Source: a bacterium (lineage in GTDB: Bacteria; Actinomycetota; Coriobacteriia; Coriobacteriales; CADBOM01). From it: 61,456 nt of DNA. The stretch is taken from NCBI GenBank assembly GCA_024698685.1, contig JAILQZ010000012.1:1-61456 (forward strand), given 5' to 3'. The notes under the pieces are model-generated. The model had not been told where the DNA came from, did no database searches, and was given only the letters and a program-made list of their open reading frames with translations. This document shows positions 1-11,082 of this stretch, piece by piece. Position numbers and translations under genes: made by a program. How positions within the stretch are numbered: position 1 is the stretch's first letter; every line of letters starts with the position of its first letter.

Positions 1-2
1 AA

Positions 3-350
3 GCCCTTCCAATCATCGAGATCGTGCCGCACAGCGACTTCTACGATTTCGAGGCGAAGTACGCGGCGGGCGGCTCCGACCACATTTGCCCGGCGCGCAT
101 TCCCGACGATGTCGCGAAGAGATGCCAGGAGCAGGCGATCCTCGCCCATAAGGCGCTGGGCTGCAGGGGTCTTTCGAGGACCGACATGATCATCGACGCC
201 GACGGTATTCCCTGGACGCTCGAAACCAATACGATCCCGGGCATGACGGCGACCTCGCTCATCCCAGATGCCGCCAGAGCGGTCGGAATCAGCTTCGAGG
301 GTCTGTGTAGGCTTCTGATCGAATTGGCGCTTGAGAGCGCATCTGAGTAG
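3..350 (+). CDS. ddl: D-alanine--D-alanine ligase, C-terminal part (5' truncated by window)
   Basis: FYDFEAKY, GLSRTDM and LETNTIPGMTATSLIP motifs of the Ddl ATP-grasp C-terminus; TAG stop. Confidence 0.93.
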   Translation, partial: ALPIIEIVPHSDFYDFEAKYAAGGSDHICPARIPDDVAKRCQEQAILAHKALGCRGLSRTDMIIDADGIPWTLETNTIPGMTATSLIPDAARAVGISFEGLCRLLIELALESASE

Positions 351-402
351 CCCAGAGAGCCACTTCCAAAGCAGAAACAGCGCCGCAAAGCGCCAGTGTG
401 CG

Positions 403-1689
403 CTAGGCGATCGCCTGCAGCACAAGCAATGCCACAGTTAGCGCAATAATGACGACTATCGCGAGCTTGATCAAGAAGTTCGCGACCTTGCCATTGGCGT
501 AGTTGCCCATCAGACGCTTGTCCTTGAGCAGGATCAGGATGAAGATCAGCAGCACCGGCAGCAGCACGCCGTTGATGAACTGCGCGAGAAGCATGATGCC
601 CATCAGGTTCACGTTGGGGATCAGGACGATCAGGCACGAGAAGATCAGGATGGCGGTGAAGATGCTCTTGAACTGCGGCGCCTCGCTCCACTTGGTGCCG
701 ATGCCGCGCTCCCAACCGAACGCCTCGCAGACGACGTCGGATGTGGTAAGCGGGAGGATGCACGCGGCGAGCAGGGAAGCTGCGAGCAGGCCTGCCCCGA
801 AGAGGACGGTCGAGTATTTGCCGGCGATCGGCCCGAGAGCCATCGCAGCATCAGCCGCGTCGACGATTTCGGTGCCTTGCGGATGGAGCACAGCGCCGGT
901 GGTGAGGATGATGAACCACGCGACGACGCAACTCACGACAGCGCCGGTCACAACGTCGATCCTCTCGTAGAAGAGCTCCTTGACGCTCACGCCCTTGTCG
1001 ACGACGTTCGACTGCGTGAAGAAGATCATCCACGGCGCGATGGTGGTGCCGATGAGCGCGATGACCACCTCGAAGTAGTCGCTGGAGAGGGTGGCGTGCG
1101 GAACGACGGTGGAGGTGAGCGCCTCGCCCCAGTCGGGCCCCGCCAGGAAGCCCGCGAAGATGTATGTGATGAAGACGCATGAGATGACGAGGAAGACCTT
1201 CTCGACGCGCTGGTAGGAGCCCGCGTTGATCAGCAGCCACACGAAAAGCCCTGCTATCGGCACGGAAATGTACTTGCTGACCCCGAAGAGCTCCATAGCG
1301 GCAGCCACTCCGGCGAGCTCAGAGAACGTCGTCGCGGTGTTGGCGATGAGCAGCGCGAGCATGGCCAGCGCGGCAAGCCTGATGCCGAAGCGCTCGCGGA
1401 TGAGCGCCGAGAGCCCCTTGCCGGTCTTCGCGCCCATGCGCGCGGCGGCCTCTTGGACGATGATCAGGAAGATCATCATCACCGGGATGGTCCAAAGCGC
1501 CATGAAGCCGTAGTCCGCGCCGCAGATGGAGTACGTCGAGATGCCGCCCGCGTCGTTGCCGGCCATCGCGGCGACGACTCCCGGGCCCATGGCCGAGAGT
1601 ATGAGCATGAGCTTGCGGCGCTTCTTGGGCTCGGCGGGCTGGCCGGTGCCCTCCATGTGCGCCATCTGCTTCTTCTCGAGGTTCGCCAT
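403..1689 (-). CDS. NRAMP/SLC11-family divalent cation transporter, NRMT (Mg2+-transporting) type
   Basis: Multi-TM protein; TM1 GPG..AAMAGNDAGG (DAGG instead of DPGN) and TM6 GTTIAPW lacking the Met of Mn/Fe NRAMPs; GGAGG RBS. Confidence 0.88.
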   Translation of the reverse strand: MANLEKKQMAHMEGTGQPAEPKKRRKLMLILSAMGPGVVAAMAGNDAGGISTYSICGADYGFMALWTIPVMMIFLIIVQEAAARMGAKTGKGLSALIRERFGIRLAALAMLALLIANTATTFSELAGVAAAMELFGVSKYISVPIAGLFVWLLINAGSYQRVEKVFLVISCVFITYIFAGFLAGPDWGEALTSTVVPHATLSSDYFEVVIALIGTTIAPWMIFFTQSNVVDKGVSVKELFYERIDVVTGAVVSCVVAWFIILTTGAVLHPQGTEIVDAADAAMALGPIAGKYSTVLFGAGLLAASLLAACILPLTTSDVVCEAFGWERGIGTKWSEAPQFKSIFTAILIFSCLIVLIPNVNLMGIMLLAQFINGVLLPVLLIFILILLKDKRLMGNYANGKVANFLIKLAIVVIIALTVALLVLQAIA

Positions 1690-1707
1690 CCTGGTACCTC
1701 CGCAGGC

Positions 1708-3525
1708 TTACAGGCCCGACTGTCCTATCAGAACGGCCGCAGCGAGCTGAATGGCGATCGCTATGACCATGAGGATCAGCGATACGGGCAAGTCGCTGAG
1801 AATCTTGTCCTTGCGGTGCAGCACCAGCCCGATGGCGGAGAAGAGCGTTCCGAGCACGATGGTGACGAAGACGCAGATCATGAGCGGGAGAGCCAGGTTG
1901 GCGAAGGTTGCGATGCCAAGCGCGTATTCGGCGCTGAAGCGGTCGCCCGCGATGCCGAGGATCGCCGCTGCCAGAAGGCCGATTACGGCGGTCACAACCA
2001 GCGCGATGACGATGTTCCTGCCGAACAGCCGCCCGATCCCAGCGCTCTGGCCCTCGTCGATATCGATCAGCAGGTTGAGCGAGAGCGAGCCGACGACGTC
2101 GGCGATTATCAGCGAGATCGGCATGACGAGGATCTGCTCCGCGATGGAGTCGAACGCTCCCATGAGGAAGGCTCCGCCGGCGACAATCGCCCAGACGATG
2201 ACCCACATCATCCTGCGGAGGAACCAGGGAATCGCAGCGCGAAGGCCCTCGTTGGGCTGGGTCTTGCCCGCGCCCGCGAACATCAGGTCCTCATCGTACT
2301 CCTCCTCCATGACGTCGATCGCGTCGTCGATCGTGACGATGCCGAGCATCTTCCCGTCATCGACGACGGGAATCGCGAGGAGGTCATACTTCTGGATCAT
2401 CTCTGCGACTTCCTCCTGGTCGACCTCGGGGGATACGCTCACAATCTCGTTGGTGCTGATGTCACCGAGGGGCGTGTCCTGGTCGGCCAGCACGAGCTCG
2501 CGCAGAGAAACCGCGCCGCAGAGTCGCGAAAGCGAGTCTACCAGGTAGATGTAGTGCACCGACTCGTACTCCCTGCCGAGGTCGCGCACCTTGGCGATGG
2601 CCTCTTCGACGGTGGTGGCCTCGGAGGCGGTGATGAACTCAGTGGTCATGATTCCGCCGGCGCTCTTCTCCTTGTAGCCGAGAAGCGCGCGGATCCTGCG
2701 CTGGTCCTGCACTCCCATCAGCCACAGCAGGGCCTCCGCCTTCTCGTAGGGGAGGTCGCCGAGGATGTCTGCCGCGTCATCTGGATCCATCTGGGCGAGG
2801 AGCTCTGAAGCTCGATGCTCCGACATGTCCTCGATGAGGTCGCTCTGGAACTCGTCCTCGAGCTCTGCGACCGTGTCGGCTGCGTTCTGGCTGTCGAGGT
2901 GCTCGAAGACGCGCGCACGCTGCTGCGGGTCGAGCTGCTCGAGGATGTCCGCGATGTCGGCGGGGTGCAGCTCATGCAGGCGCTTGTGCGTCACCGAGAG
3001 CTTGACCTGCGAGAGGTCGCGGTCGACCAGGTCCATGTAGTTCCACGCGATGATCTGCTCCTTGAGCGGATGGCGGAAGAGCTTGGAGATGCCCACGACC
3101 GCCTTCTCGATGATCGGATGCAGGCCTCGCAGGATGCCCAGAACGCCGGTCTCGGCGCCTAGCAGTCTCAGGATGTTGCCGGACTGCGAGAGCTTGAGGT
3201 CGTTGACGCGAACGACCTTGAGCCCTTGCGTATCGACGATCTGCTTGTTGAGAAGGTCGCGCGCGAGCAACAGCTCGTCTGGCTGCAGATAGCTGAAGCG
3301 GATGTTGTGGCTCTCCAAGTTGAGCTTGATTCTCTCGCCGTCGAACTCATCGACGTACTTGCGCCAAGACACCATGAAAGGAGTCTTGGCAGGCCCAAGG
3401 AATGCCACTGATGTGATTCTCGGAAAAACCTCGCCGGTCGAGATGGCCAGATCGCTAACCTTGCCGATTTCCTCGCCGGTTGCATCCAGCACCGATATTC
3501 CCAGGAGTTGGGATAGATAAAGCAT
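1708..3525 (-). CDS. MgtE-like protein: PRC-barrel-like N-terminus, MgtE_N, CBS pair, divergent 5-TM C-terminus
   Basis: LHPADIADILEQL, MDPDDAADIL, SAGGIMTTEF, KYDLLAIPVVD..GIVTIDD motifs; GAGGAG RBS before ATG at 3525. Confidence 0.85.
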   Translation of the reverse strand: MLYLSQLLGISVLDATGEEIGKVSDLAISTGEVFPRITSVAFLGPAKTPFMVSWRKYVDEFDGERIKLNLESHNIRFSYLQPDELLLARDLLNKQIVDTQGLKVVRVNDLKLSQSGNILRLLGAETGVLGILRGLHPIIEKAVVGISKLFRHPLKEQIIAWNYMDLVDRDLSQVKLSVTHKRLHELHPADIADILEQLDPQQRARVFEHLDSQNAADTVAELEDEFQSDLIEDMSEHRASELLAQMDPDDAADILGDLPYEKAEALLWLMGVQDQRRIRALLGYKEKSAGGIMTTEFITASEATTVEEAIAKVRDLGREYESVHYIYLVDSLSRLCGAVSLRELVLADQDTPLGDISTNEIVSVSPEVDQEEVAEMIQKYDLLAIPVVDDGKMLGIVTIDDAIDVMEEEYDEDLMFAGAGKTQPNEGLRAAIPWFLRRMMWVIVWAIVAGGAFLMGAFDSIAEQILVMPISLIIADVVGSLSLNLLIDIDEGQSAGIGRLFGRNIVIALVVTAVIGLLAAAILGIAGDRFSAEYALGIATFANLALPLMICVFVTIVLGTLFSAIGLVLHRKDKILSDLPVSLILMVIAIAIQLAAAVLIGQSGL

Positions 3526-3552
3526 GATGAGTCTCCTCTTCAATTGCGTTCA

Positions 3553-3612
3553 CAGATGGCAGGGGAGCGATGAACCCGGCATCGCCGCCTCCGCTGATGC
3601 CCCAGCCACCTC
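3553..3612 (-). promoter_or_regulatory. Structured 5' UTR segment of the mgtE-like gene
   Basis: On the minus strand AGGUGGCUGGGG can pair with CCCCUGCCAUCU, enclosing GCAUC..GAUGC; starts at the leader ORF stop. Confidence 0.5.
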
Positions 3613-3659
3613 TAGAGGAGACCTAAGGGGCTAATGACTGTGACTGAAATCGTCCACAA
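3612..3659 (-). CDS. Putative 15-aa leader peptide MWTISVTVISPLGLL
   Basis: AGAAAGGG SD-like, then TTG TGG ACG ATT TCA GTC ACA GTC ATT AGC CCC TTA GGT CTC CTC TAG; an overlapping GTG frame gives MDDFSHSH (3657-3631). Confidence 0.5.
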   Translation of the reverse strand: MWTISVTVISPLGLL

Positions 3660-3766
3660 CAGCCCTTTCTTCTAGTAGCCCTTCTTGCTCGGCGCGCGCC
3701 CTTTGCGCCGCGCCTTCGAACCTATAGCGCGCCTAGGGCGCCGCAGCGCCCCAGCGCAAACCTCGC

Positions 3767-4030
3767 CTACTGGATGGTGTTGGCGAGCTTCATGATTCCA
3801 GACTTGCGGTTGGCAGCCTGGTTCTTGTGGATGACGCCCTTGGAGGCCGCCTTGTCGAGAAGCCTGCAAGCCTTGAGAGCAGCCTCGAGCGCAGTTTCTG
3901 CGTCCTCGGCAGCTACGGCGTCCTTGACCCTGCGGGTAGCGGTCTTGAGCTCCGACTTGATGGCCCTGTTGCGCATGCGTGCGATCTCGTTCGTGCGGTT
4001 GCGCTTCTTCTGACTCTTGATGTTTGCCAC
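3767..4030 (-). CDS. rpsT: 30S ribosomal protein S20
   Basis: [30 protein letters not shown]; GTG start. Confidence 0.98.
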   Translation of the reverse strand: MANIKSQKKRNRTNEIARMRNRAIKSELKTATRRVKDAVAAEDAETALEAALKACRLLDKAASKGVIHKNQAANRKSGIMKLANTIQ

Positions 4031-4316
4031 GTCTTCGTTCCTTCCAAATGTGCTATATCGTTACAACACCTTCGTTGTAAAACTGCTATGCAGCAACGCG
4101 ATAGGCGCGCTGAATATCAAATTATGCACCAAGTCCCTTTCCATGATGGCGACGAAGCTGGTGTGAGTGGCAAAAACCCAAGGCAAGCGAACCTTTTTGA
4201 CGCGAAACCAGCCCAAAAAGGGGCATTTTTAGCGATTCTTGCGAGCTGATTGCGACAAACCGCCGAATATTTCAACCGCAAATAACGATTCAAGCGCCTC
4301 TCGTTGAATTCCCTCG

Positions 4317-4344
4317 TTGCCGAAAAAGCCAGATGCAGTAAAAT
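4317..4344 (+). promoter_or_regulatory. Sigma70-type promoter of rpsP operon
   Basis: TTGCCG-N16-TAAAAT. Confidence 0.55.
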
Positions 4345-4430
4345 CATCGTCTACGTGCTGGCAGTGCGGCGAAAAGAGAATCGAAGCCCAAGCCAGCCCA
4401 ATAAGCAAGAAGAAATTGAAGGAGATAGCT

Positions 4431-4757
4431 TTGGCAGTAAAGATTCGCCTTGCCCGTCATGGCGCAAAGAAGTATCCGTATTATCGCGTCGTCGTCATCG
4501 ACGGCCGCGCCCGTCGCGATGGCCGCGCCATCTGCGAGGTTGGCAGGTACAACCCCAACACCAACCCCAAGCTCGTCAAGCTCGACCTCGAGACCATCGA
4601 CGAGTGGATCGCCAAGGGTGCCCAGCCCACCGATGCAGTCGCTCGCCTCATCGAGATCGCCCGCGCCGGTGGCCCCACTCTCAAGTCCACCGAGGGCAAG
4701 CTCTCCAAGAAGGCAGCCAAGAAGGCCGCCGAGGCTGCAGCTGCAGATGCCGAGTAG
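4431..4757 (+). CDS. rpsP: 30S ribosomal protein S16
   Basis: [31 protein letters not shown]; TTG start after GAAGGAG; Lys/Ala-rich tail. Confidence 0.97.
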   Translation: MAVKIRLARHGAKKYPYYRVVVIDGRARRDGRAICEVGRYNPNTNPKLVKLDLETIDEWIAKGAQPTDAVARLIEIARAGGPTLKSTEGKLSKKAAKKAAEAAAADAE

Positions 4758-4809
4758 CCTGCGGGCCGCTTTCGCTTCCGCAGCAAGCCAGTAAGCAGAG
4801 GGATTTCAA

Positions 4810-5052
4810 ATGCCTAAGAACCCACAGCAAGCCTCTGGACTCGTCGAGATGCTGGTCCGCTCGCTCGTCGACGACCAGGACAGCGTCTCTGTCGTGACCA
4901 AGGAGGAGCATTCGGGCATCGTCATCGAGGTCACGGTGGCGCAGGAGGAGACCGGCAAGGTTATCGGCCGCCAGGGCCGCATCATCAAGGCCATCCGCAC
5001 GCTTGCGCGCGCAACCACAGACGATTCGGTCGAGGTCGAGGTTCTCGGATAA
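4810..5052 (+). CDS. khpA: KH-domain RNA-binding protein (KhpA/YlqC)
   Basis: GKVIGRQGRIIKAIRT motif; canonical position between rpsP and rimM. Confidence 0.92.
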   Translation: MPKNPQQASGLVEMLVRSLVDDQDSVSVVTKEEHSGIVIEVTVAQEETGKVIGRQGRIIKAIRTLARATTDDSVEVEVLG

Positions 5053-5060
5053 GGGAACCC

Positions 5061-5591
5061 GTGGCCAACAGCTATCGGAACATAGCCAAGGTAACCAAGA
5101 AGATCGGCAAAGCAGGGGAGGTCGCGATCGAACCGATCGGCGGCCTTCCTTTTCTGCTGCCCGAGGGCATGACGGTGCACCTCACCCCGCCAATCCTCGA
5201 CGGCATCAACCACTGCACGGTGGAGAGCGCTGAGCTCCGCGGCAACACCTGGGTCGTCAAGCTCTCGGGCTCCAACAGCGACACCGATGCCTTCTCGCTC
5301 GTCGGGCGCACCTGCCTCGTCCCATGCGATGAGCTCGGCGACTTCGAGGAGGAGGGCGACGAGGCGTACGACCTGATCGGCCTCTCCGTCATCGATAGTG
5401 CCGAGGGCTATCTCGGCGAAGTCGTCGAGGTGCTTCTCAGCTCCGAGCAGGCCACGCTCGTGGTGCAGCGCCCAGAGGGCGAGGGCGGCCGCGAACTGCT
5501 GATTCCCTTCGTCGATGAGTTCGTCAAGGGCATTGACGACGAGGCGATCGCGGTCGACCTGCCGCACGACCTGCTAACGCTCAACGGATAG
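5061..5591 (+). CDS. rimM: Ribosome maturation factor RimM
   Basis: DLIGLSV..G.V.EV, ELLIPFVDEFV motif; synteny. Confidence 0.9.
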   Translation: MANSYRNIAKVTKKIGKAGEVAIEPIGGLPFLLPEGMTVHLTPPILDGINHCTVESAELRGNTWVVKLSGSNSDTDAFSLVGRTCLVPCDELGDFEEEGDEAYDLIGLSVIDSAEGYLGEVVEVLLSSEQATLVVQRPEGEGGRELLIPFVDEFVKGIDDEAIAVDLPHDLLTLNG

Positions 5592-5668
5592 GGGAGGAAG
5601 GTTCCGGCACCCGTGTGAAGTCGAGGGAGGCTTGCCGCGAAGCGCTGCCCCGGAGGGAAGGAAGTATC

Positions 5669-6409
5669 ATGAGGATCGAGACGCTATCTGTTTTCCCACA
5701 CACGTTCGACTCCGTCATGCACGAGTCGATCATGAGACGCGCACAGGACAAGGACCTGCTCGAATTCGCCTCCCACGACCTGCGCGACTGGACCCACGAT
5801 GTCCATCGCACCACCGACGACGCGCCCTACGGCGGCGGACCCGGCCTGCTGATGAAGGTCGAGCCGATATTCGAGGCGCTCGACGAGCTGCTCGCCGAGG
5901 AGCCTGCGCTCGTCATCTTCACCACACCCACTGGCGAACCTTTCAACCAGTCGATAGCCGAGGAGCTCTCGCACGAGGAGCGCCTCCTCATCGTCTGCGG
6001 CCACTACGAGGGCTTCGATGAGCGCGCGCTGACGCTGGCTGATAGGTGCATCTCCGTCGGCGACTTCGTCCTCACGGGCGGCGAGCTTCCAGCGATGATC
6101 ATCGCCGACGCGGTCACGCGCCTGATTCCAGGCGTCCTCGGCGACGATATGTCGAGCCAGCTCGAGTCCTTCTCCGACGGGCTGCTCGAATACCCGCAAT
6201 ACACCAGGCCGGCATCCTACCGCGGCCTCGACGTGCCTGAGATCCTGCTTTCAGGCGATCATGCCAAGGTCGATGCTTGGAGGCGCCAAAAGGCCATCGA
6301 GAAGACCGCCGCGCTGCGCCCCGAGATGCTAGAGTACGCCAATCTCACCGACGAGGAGCGCGAGTACGCCAGGCGCCTTGTCGACGATCCCTTCGGCATG
6401 CTGGGCTAA
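5669..6409 (+). CDS. trmD: tRNA (guanine37-N1)-methyltransferase
   Basis: DDAPYGGGPG, CGHYEGFDER, SVGDFVLTGGE, LLEYPQYTRP. Confidence 0.98.
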   Translation: MRIETLSVFPHTFDSVMHESIMRRAQDKDLLEFASHDLRDWTHDVHRTTDDAPYGGGPGLLMKVEPIFEALDELLAEEPALVIFTTPTGEPFNQSIAEELSHEERLLIVCGHYEGFDERALTLADRCISVGDFVLTGGELPAMIIADAVTRLIPGVLGDDMSSQLESFSDGLLEYPQYTRPASYRGLDVPEILLSGDHAKVDAWRRQKAIEKTAALRPEMLEYANLTDEEREYARRLVDDPFGMLG

Positions 6410-6580
6410 GAATCTGCAGCGCGAGCGCGCCGTCACGCAACCGCAGCCTCACCGCCCGTCAAGCCCATCCAATGGATTGGGCGAATGCGCCGCTAGCCGC
6501 CGCGTTCCTGCGAGACATCATGCGATAGAATCAATTAGTTGTTCTGCAAACGAGCCTTGGAAGGGAAGAGGCGCGGACTG

Positions 6581-7135
6581 ATGATCTTGAAGACGGCAAG
6601 CAAGGCGGTACGCGGGCTGGTGGAGCTCATCATCATCCTCGTCGCCGCGTTCGCGCTCTCCATCCTCATCCGCACCTTCGTCTGCGAGGCGTATCAGGTG
6701 CCTTCGGGCTCGATGAACCCCACGATCGAGGAGGGCGACAGGATCCTCTCGCAGCGGGTCACGCTCTACAAGGGCGAGGCAGAGGTTGGCGACATCATCA
6801 CGTTCGACAGCCCGACCGACAGCTCGATGACGCTGGTCAAGCGCGTCATCGCCAAGGGTGGCGATGTCGTCGACGTCCACGACGGCAGCCTCTACGTGAA
6901 CGGCTTCCTTCAGGAGGAGGACTACGTCCACGGCAAGCCCACGTACGAGCTCGACAACCATCCGAGCGTCTCGATCTACTACCCCTACAAGGTGCCGGAG
7001 GGCCACGTGTGGGTGATGGGTGACAACAGGACGAATTCGTCCGACAGCAGATACTTTGGGCCTATCAGGGAGGACTCGATTACCGGAATCGTCTTCTTCC
7101 GGTTCTGGCCCTTTAACAGATTCGGAACGATGTAG
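6581..7135 (+). CDS. lepB: Signal peptidase I
   Basis: N-terminal TM, SGSMNPT (Ser), LVKRVIA (Lys), [14 protein letters not shown]. Confidence 0.95.
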   Translation: MILKTASKAVRGLVELIIILVAAFALSILIRTFVCEAYQVPSGSMNPTIEEGDRILSQRVTLYKGEAEVGDIITFDSPTDSSMTLVKRVIAKGGDVVDVHDGSLYVNGFLQEEDYVHGKPTYELDNHPSVSIYYPYKVPEGHVWVMGDNRTNSSDSRYFGPIREDSITGIVFFRFWPFNRFGTM

Positions 7136-7184
7136 GCTAGTGCGGCGTTGCGTCGGCGCGCCGCGGGAAGCGAAGGGAAGAGAA

Positions 7185-8113
<929 letters not shown>

Positions 8114-8117
<4 letters not shown>

Positions 8118-10192
8118 GCCAGGATACCAAGCTTCTGATCATGGAGATCGGCACCGAGGAGATTCCCGCCGAGCCGCTTAGCAACGCAACCAAGCAGTTG
8201 GCCGAGCTGGCAGCGAAGGCGCTCGACGAGAAGCGCCTCGAGCATGGCAAGGTCTCCACCTACTCCACCCCGCGCCGCATCATCCTCGAGGTCGAGGACG
8301 TGGCGTCGGAGTCCACTCCGCTCGAGCAGGTCTTCCGCGGACCCTCTGCCGACCGCGCATTCGATGCCGATGGCGCGCCCACCAAGGCCGCCTTGGGCTT
8401 CGCTCGCGGCAAGGGCGTTGCTGTCGAGGACCTCGTGCGCGAGAAGGAGGGCGATGTCGAGTACATCTACGCCAAGGTGAGCGTTCCCTCGCAGAGCGCC
8501 ACGGAGATTCTCGGCGAGGTTCTGCCTGGCCTCATCGGCGGCATCTATTGGAAGAAGTCGCAGCGCTGGGGCACCTGCCAGGCGCACTTCTCCAGGCCGA
8601 TTCGCTGGCTCGTCGCGCTCTACGGCTCCGATGTCGTGGAGTTCGAGTTCGCCAACCTCAAGTCCGGCCGCGTGAGCTATGGCCACCGCTTCCTCGCCCC
8701 CGAGCCGATCGAGCTCGCCGAGGCCTCCGAACTGCTGCCCGCGCTCACCAACGCCTACGTAGCCTACGACCAGAACGCCCGCGCCGCCGACATACGCGCG
8801 CAGATCGCCAGAATCGAGGAGGAGACCGGTCTCGTGGCCGAGGTTCCGCCGACGATCTTCCTCGAGGTCAACAACCTGGTCGAGTTTCCGACGGTCCTCG
8901 TCGGCCACTTCGACGAGGAGTTCCTCAACGTGCCCTCCGAGATCATCACCGACGCGATGCTCTCGCACCAGAGATACTTCCCGCTCTACAGCAAGGCAGG
9001 CGATCTCTCCTGCAAGTTCCTGCTCGTGAGCAACGGCAGCCCGAAGCGCAGCGAGACCATCGTGGAGGGCAACGAGCGCGTCGTTCGCGCCCGCCTCGCC
9101 GATGCCGCGTTCTTCTATCACGAAGACCTCAAGCACCCGCTCGAGCACTACGTCGACGGCCTTGCCGAGCAGGTCTTCCAGGAGAAGCTCGGCACGATGC
9201 GCGACAAGGTCAGCCGCATCGTCGCCCTCGCCGGCACGCTCGCCAGGCGCAGTGGAGCCGATGAGGCTACCGTCGAGCGCACGGAGCGCGCGGCCCTTCT
9301 CGCAAAGGCAGACCTCGTCACCAACGCGGTTGTCGAGTTCACCTCGCAGCAGGGTATCATGGGCGGCTACTACGCGCGCGCCTCGCATGAGCCCGAGGAA
9401 GTCGCCATCGCGATCGAGCAGCACTATCGCCCGAAGTTCGCCGGCGACGCGATTCCCGACAACGATGAGGGCAGGTTTGTCGCCCTCGCAGACAAGCTCG
9501 ACACCATCGCCGGGCTCTTCGCCATCGGCCAGCCCCCAACGGGCTCGAAGGACCCCTTCGCCCTCAGGCGCAGCGCCATCGGCATCATCGCGATTCTGCA
9601 GAGCGGCATCGATGTCAACCTCGGCGAGGCCATAGAGGCCGCGCTAGACGGCTATGCGGGCATCGAATTCGATCGCGTCGCGGTCAGCGCCCAGATCCGC
9701 GAGTTCTTTGCGGGCAGGCTCGCCACCATCGCCAAGGACCAGGGCTTCGACACCGAGGCCATCAACGCGGTCCTCGCGATCGACATCATCGAGCCCACCG
9801 TCGTCATCGCGCGCTGCGAGACCCTCACCCAGGCGCGCCATCAGGACGAGGAGCTCTTCGCCGACCTCGCCATCGCCTACAAGCGCGCGAACAACCTGCG
9901 CGACAAGGCGCTCGGAACCGAGTTCGACGAGTCGCTCGCCGGAAGCGAGGAGAAGGCGCTCATCGCGGCGATCTCCAGCGCCAAGGCTAGCATCGAGGCT
10001 GCTCTTGCAAGTGGGGACTACCCTGCGGCGATCAGCGCGCTGGCTGGCCTTCGCGCTCCGATCGATGCTTTCTTCGACGGCGTGATGGTCATGGACAAGG
10101 ACGAGGCGATCAAGGCGAACAGGCTAAGGCTGCTCAACAGCTTCGTGAGCGCGTTCGATGGCGTCGCGGATTTCGAGAAGCTCGCCAAGTAG
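8114..10192 (+). CDS. glyS: Glycine--tRNA ligase beta subunit
   Basis: [37 protein letters not shown]; ATGA overlap with glyQ. Confidence 0.97.
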
Positions 10193-10261
10193 CCGAGCTT
10201 TCAGACAGCAAGGAGGGGAGCCGTTCTGCATGGGCGGCTCCTTCCATAAGGGGAGGCAACG

Positions 10262-11041
10262 ATGCGCAAGGCCATCATCATAGCGGCGATAGTCATCGTC
10301 TGCGCCGTTGCCGCCTATATCCTCTGGCCGCGCAACAACGTGCCGCAGCACAGCTACGACTGGAGTCGGCTCGAGGGGACGGGCACGATCCGCTCCTACA
10401 CCGACGAGAACGGCAACGAGGCTCTGCTCGGCGTCGACGTCTCCCACCACAACCAGTACGTCAACTGGCCAGCTCTGGCGGAGGCAGGCGTGGACTTCGC
10501 GTACATCCGGTGCGGTTGGCGCGGCTACACGGCCGGCGAGATCCACATAGACCCGCTGGCTGGCCTGTACTACAACGGCGCGCGGGCCAACGGCATCACG
10601 GTTGCGATCTACTTCTTCTCTCAGGCGATCACCGTGGAGGAGGCGATCGAGGAGGCGGACTTCGCGTGCGACTTCGCCGACTCGCACAAGCTATCGCACG
10701 ACTTCCCGATAGCCTTCGACATGGAGGAGAACGGCGTGAGCGACGAGCGCATCGATCACCTGAGCACGCAAGAGCGCACCGACATCGCGATGGCGTTCTG
10801 CAAGAGGGTCGAGGAGCGCGGCTACGCGCCGATCATCTACGGCAACGAGAAGTGGCTCGATGGGAAATACGACCTCGAGACGATCTGCAACGCCTACGAC
10901 CTCTGGCTGGCCGAGTATTCCGACGTGCCAAAGCCGTCGCATATGTTCGCGATGTGGCAGTATTGCAGCGATGGCCAGATCGAGGGCAACACGAAGAACA
11001 TCGACATGAACCTGATGTTCCCGAAACCCGCAGAGGAGTAG
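10262..11041 (+). CDS. Membrane-anchored GH25 lysozyme/muramidase
   Basis: N-terminal hydrophobic anchor; GVDVSHHN, YFFSQA..EA..EA, FDME, WQY motifs. Confidence 0.9.
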   Translation: MRKAIIIAAIVIVCAVAAYILWPRNNVPQHSYDWSRLEGTGTIRSYTDENGNEALLGVDVSHHNQYVNWPALAEAGVDFAYIRCGWRGYTAGEIHIDPLAGLYYNGARANGITVAIYFFSQAITVEEAIEEADFACDFADSHKLSHDFPIAFDMEENGVSDERIDHLSTQERTDIAMAFCKRVEERGYAPIIYGNEKWLDGKYDLETICNAYDLWLAEYSDVPKPSHMFAMWQYCSDGQIEGNTKNIDMNLMFPKPAEE

Positions 11042-11082
11042 GGAAGCGGCAGCGCGAAAGGGCGCGATGACTCCAAGACAGC

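Noticed and set aside
3530-3760. M-box (ykoK) or yybP-ykoY riboswitch before the mgtE-like gene
   Set aside because: Consensus elements not recognisable by eye; an Rfam scan is needed to exclude them formally.
7136-7184. T-box before glyQS
   Set aside because: Only about 50 bp of spacer and no T-box motif.
10262-11041. GH25 as a prophage endolysin
   Set aside because: Membrane anchor, host codon usage, and no holin or phage genes nearby.
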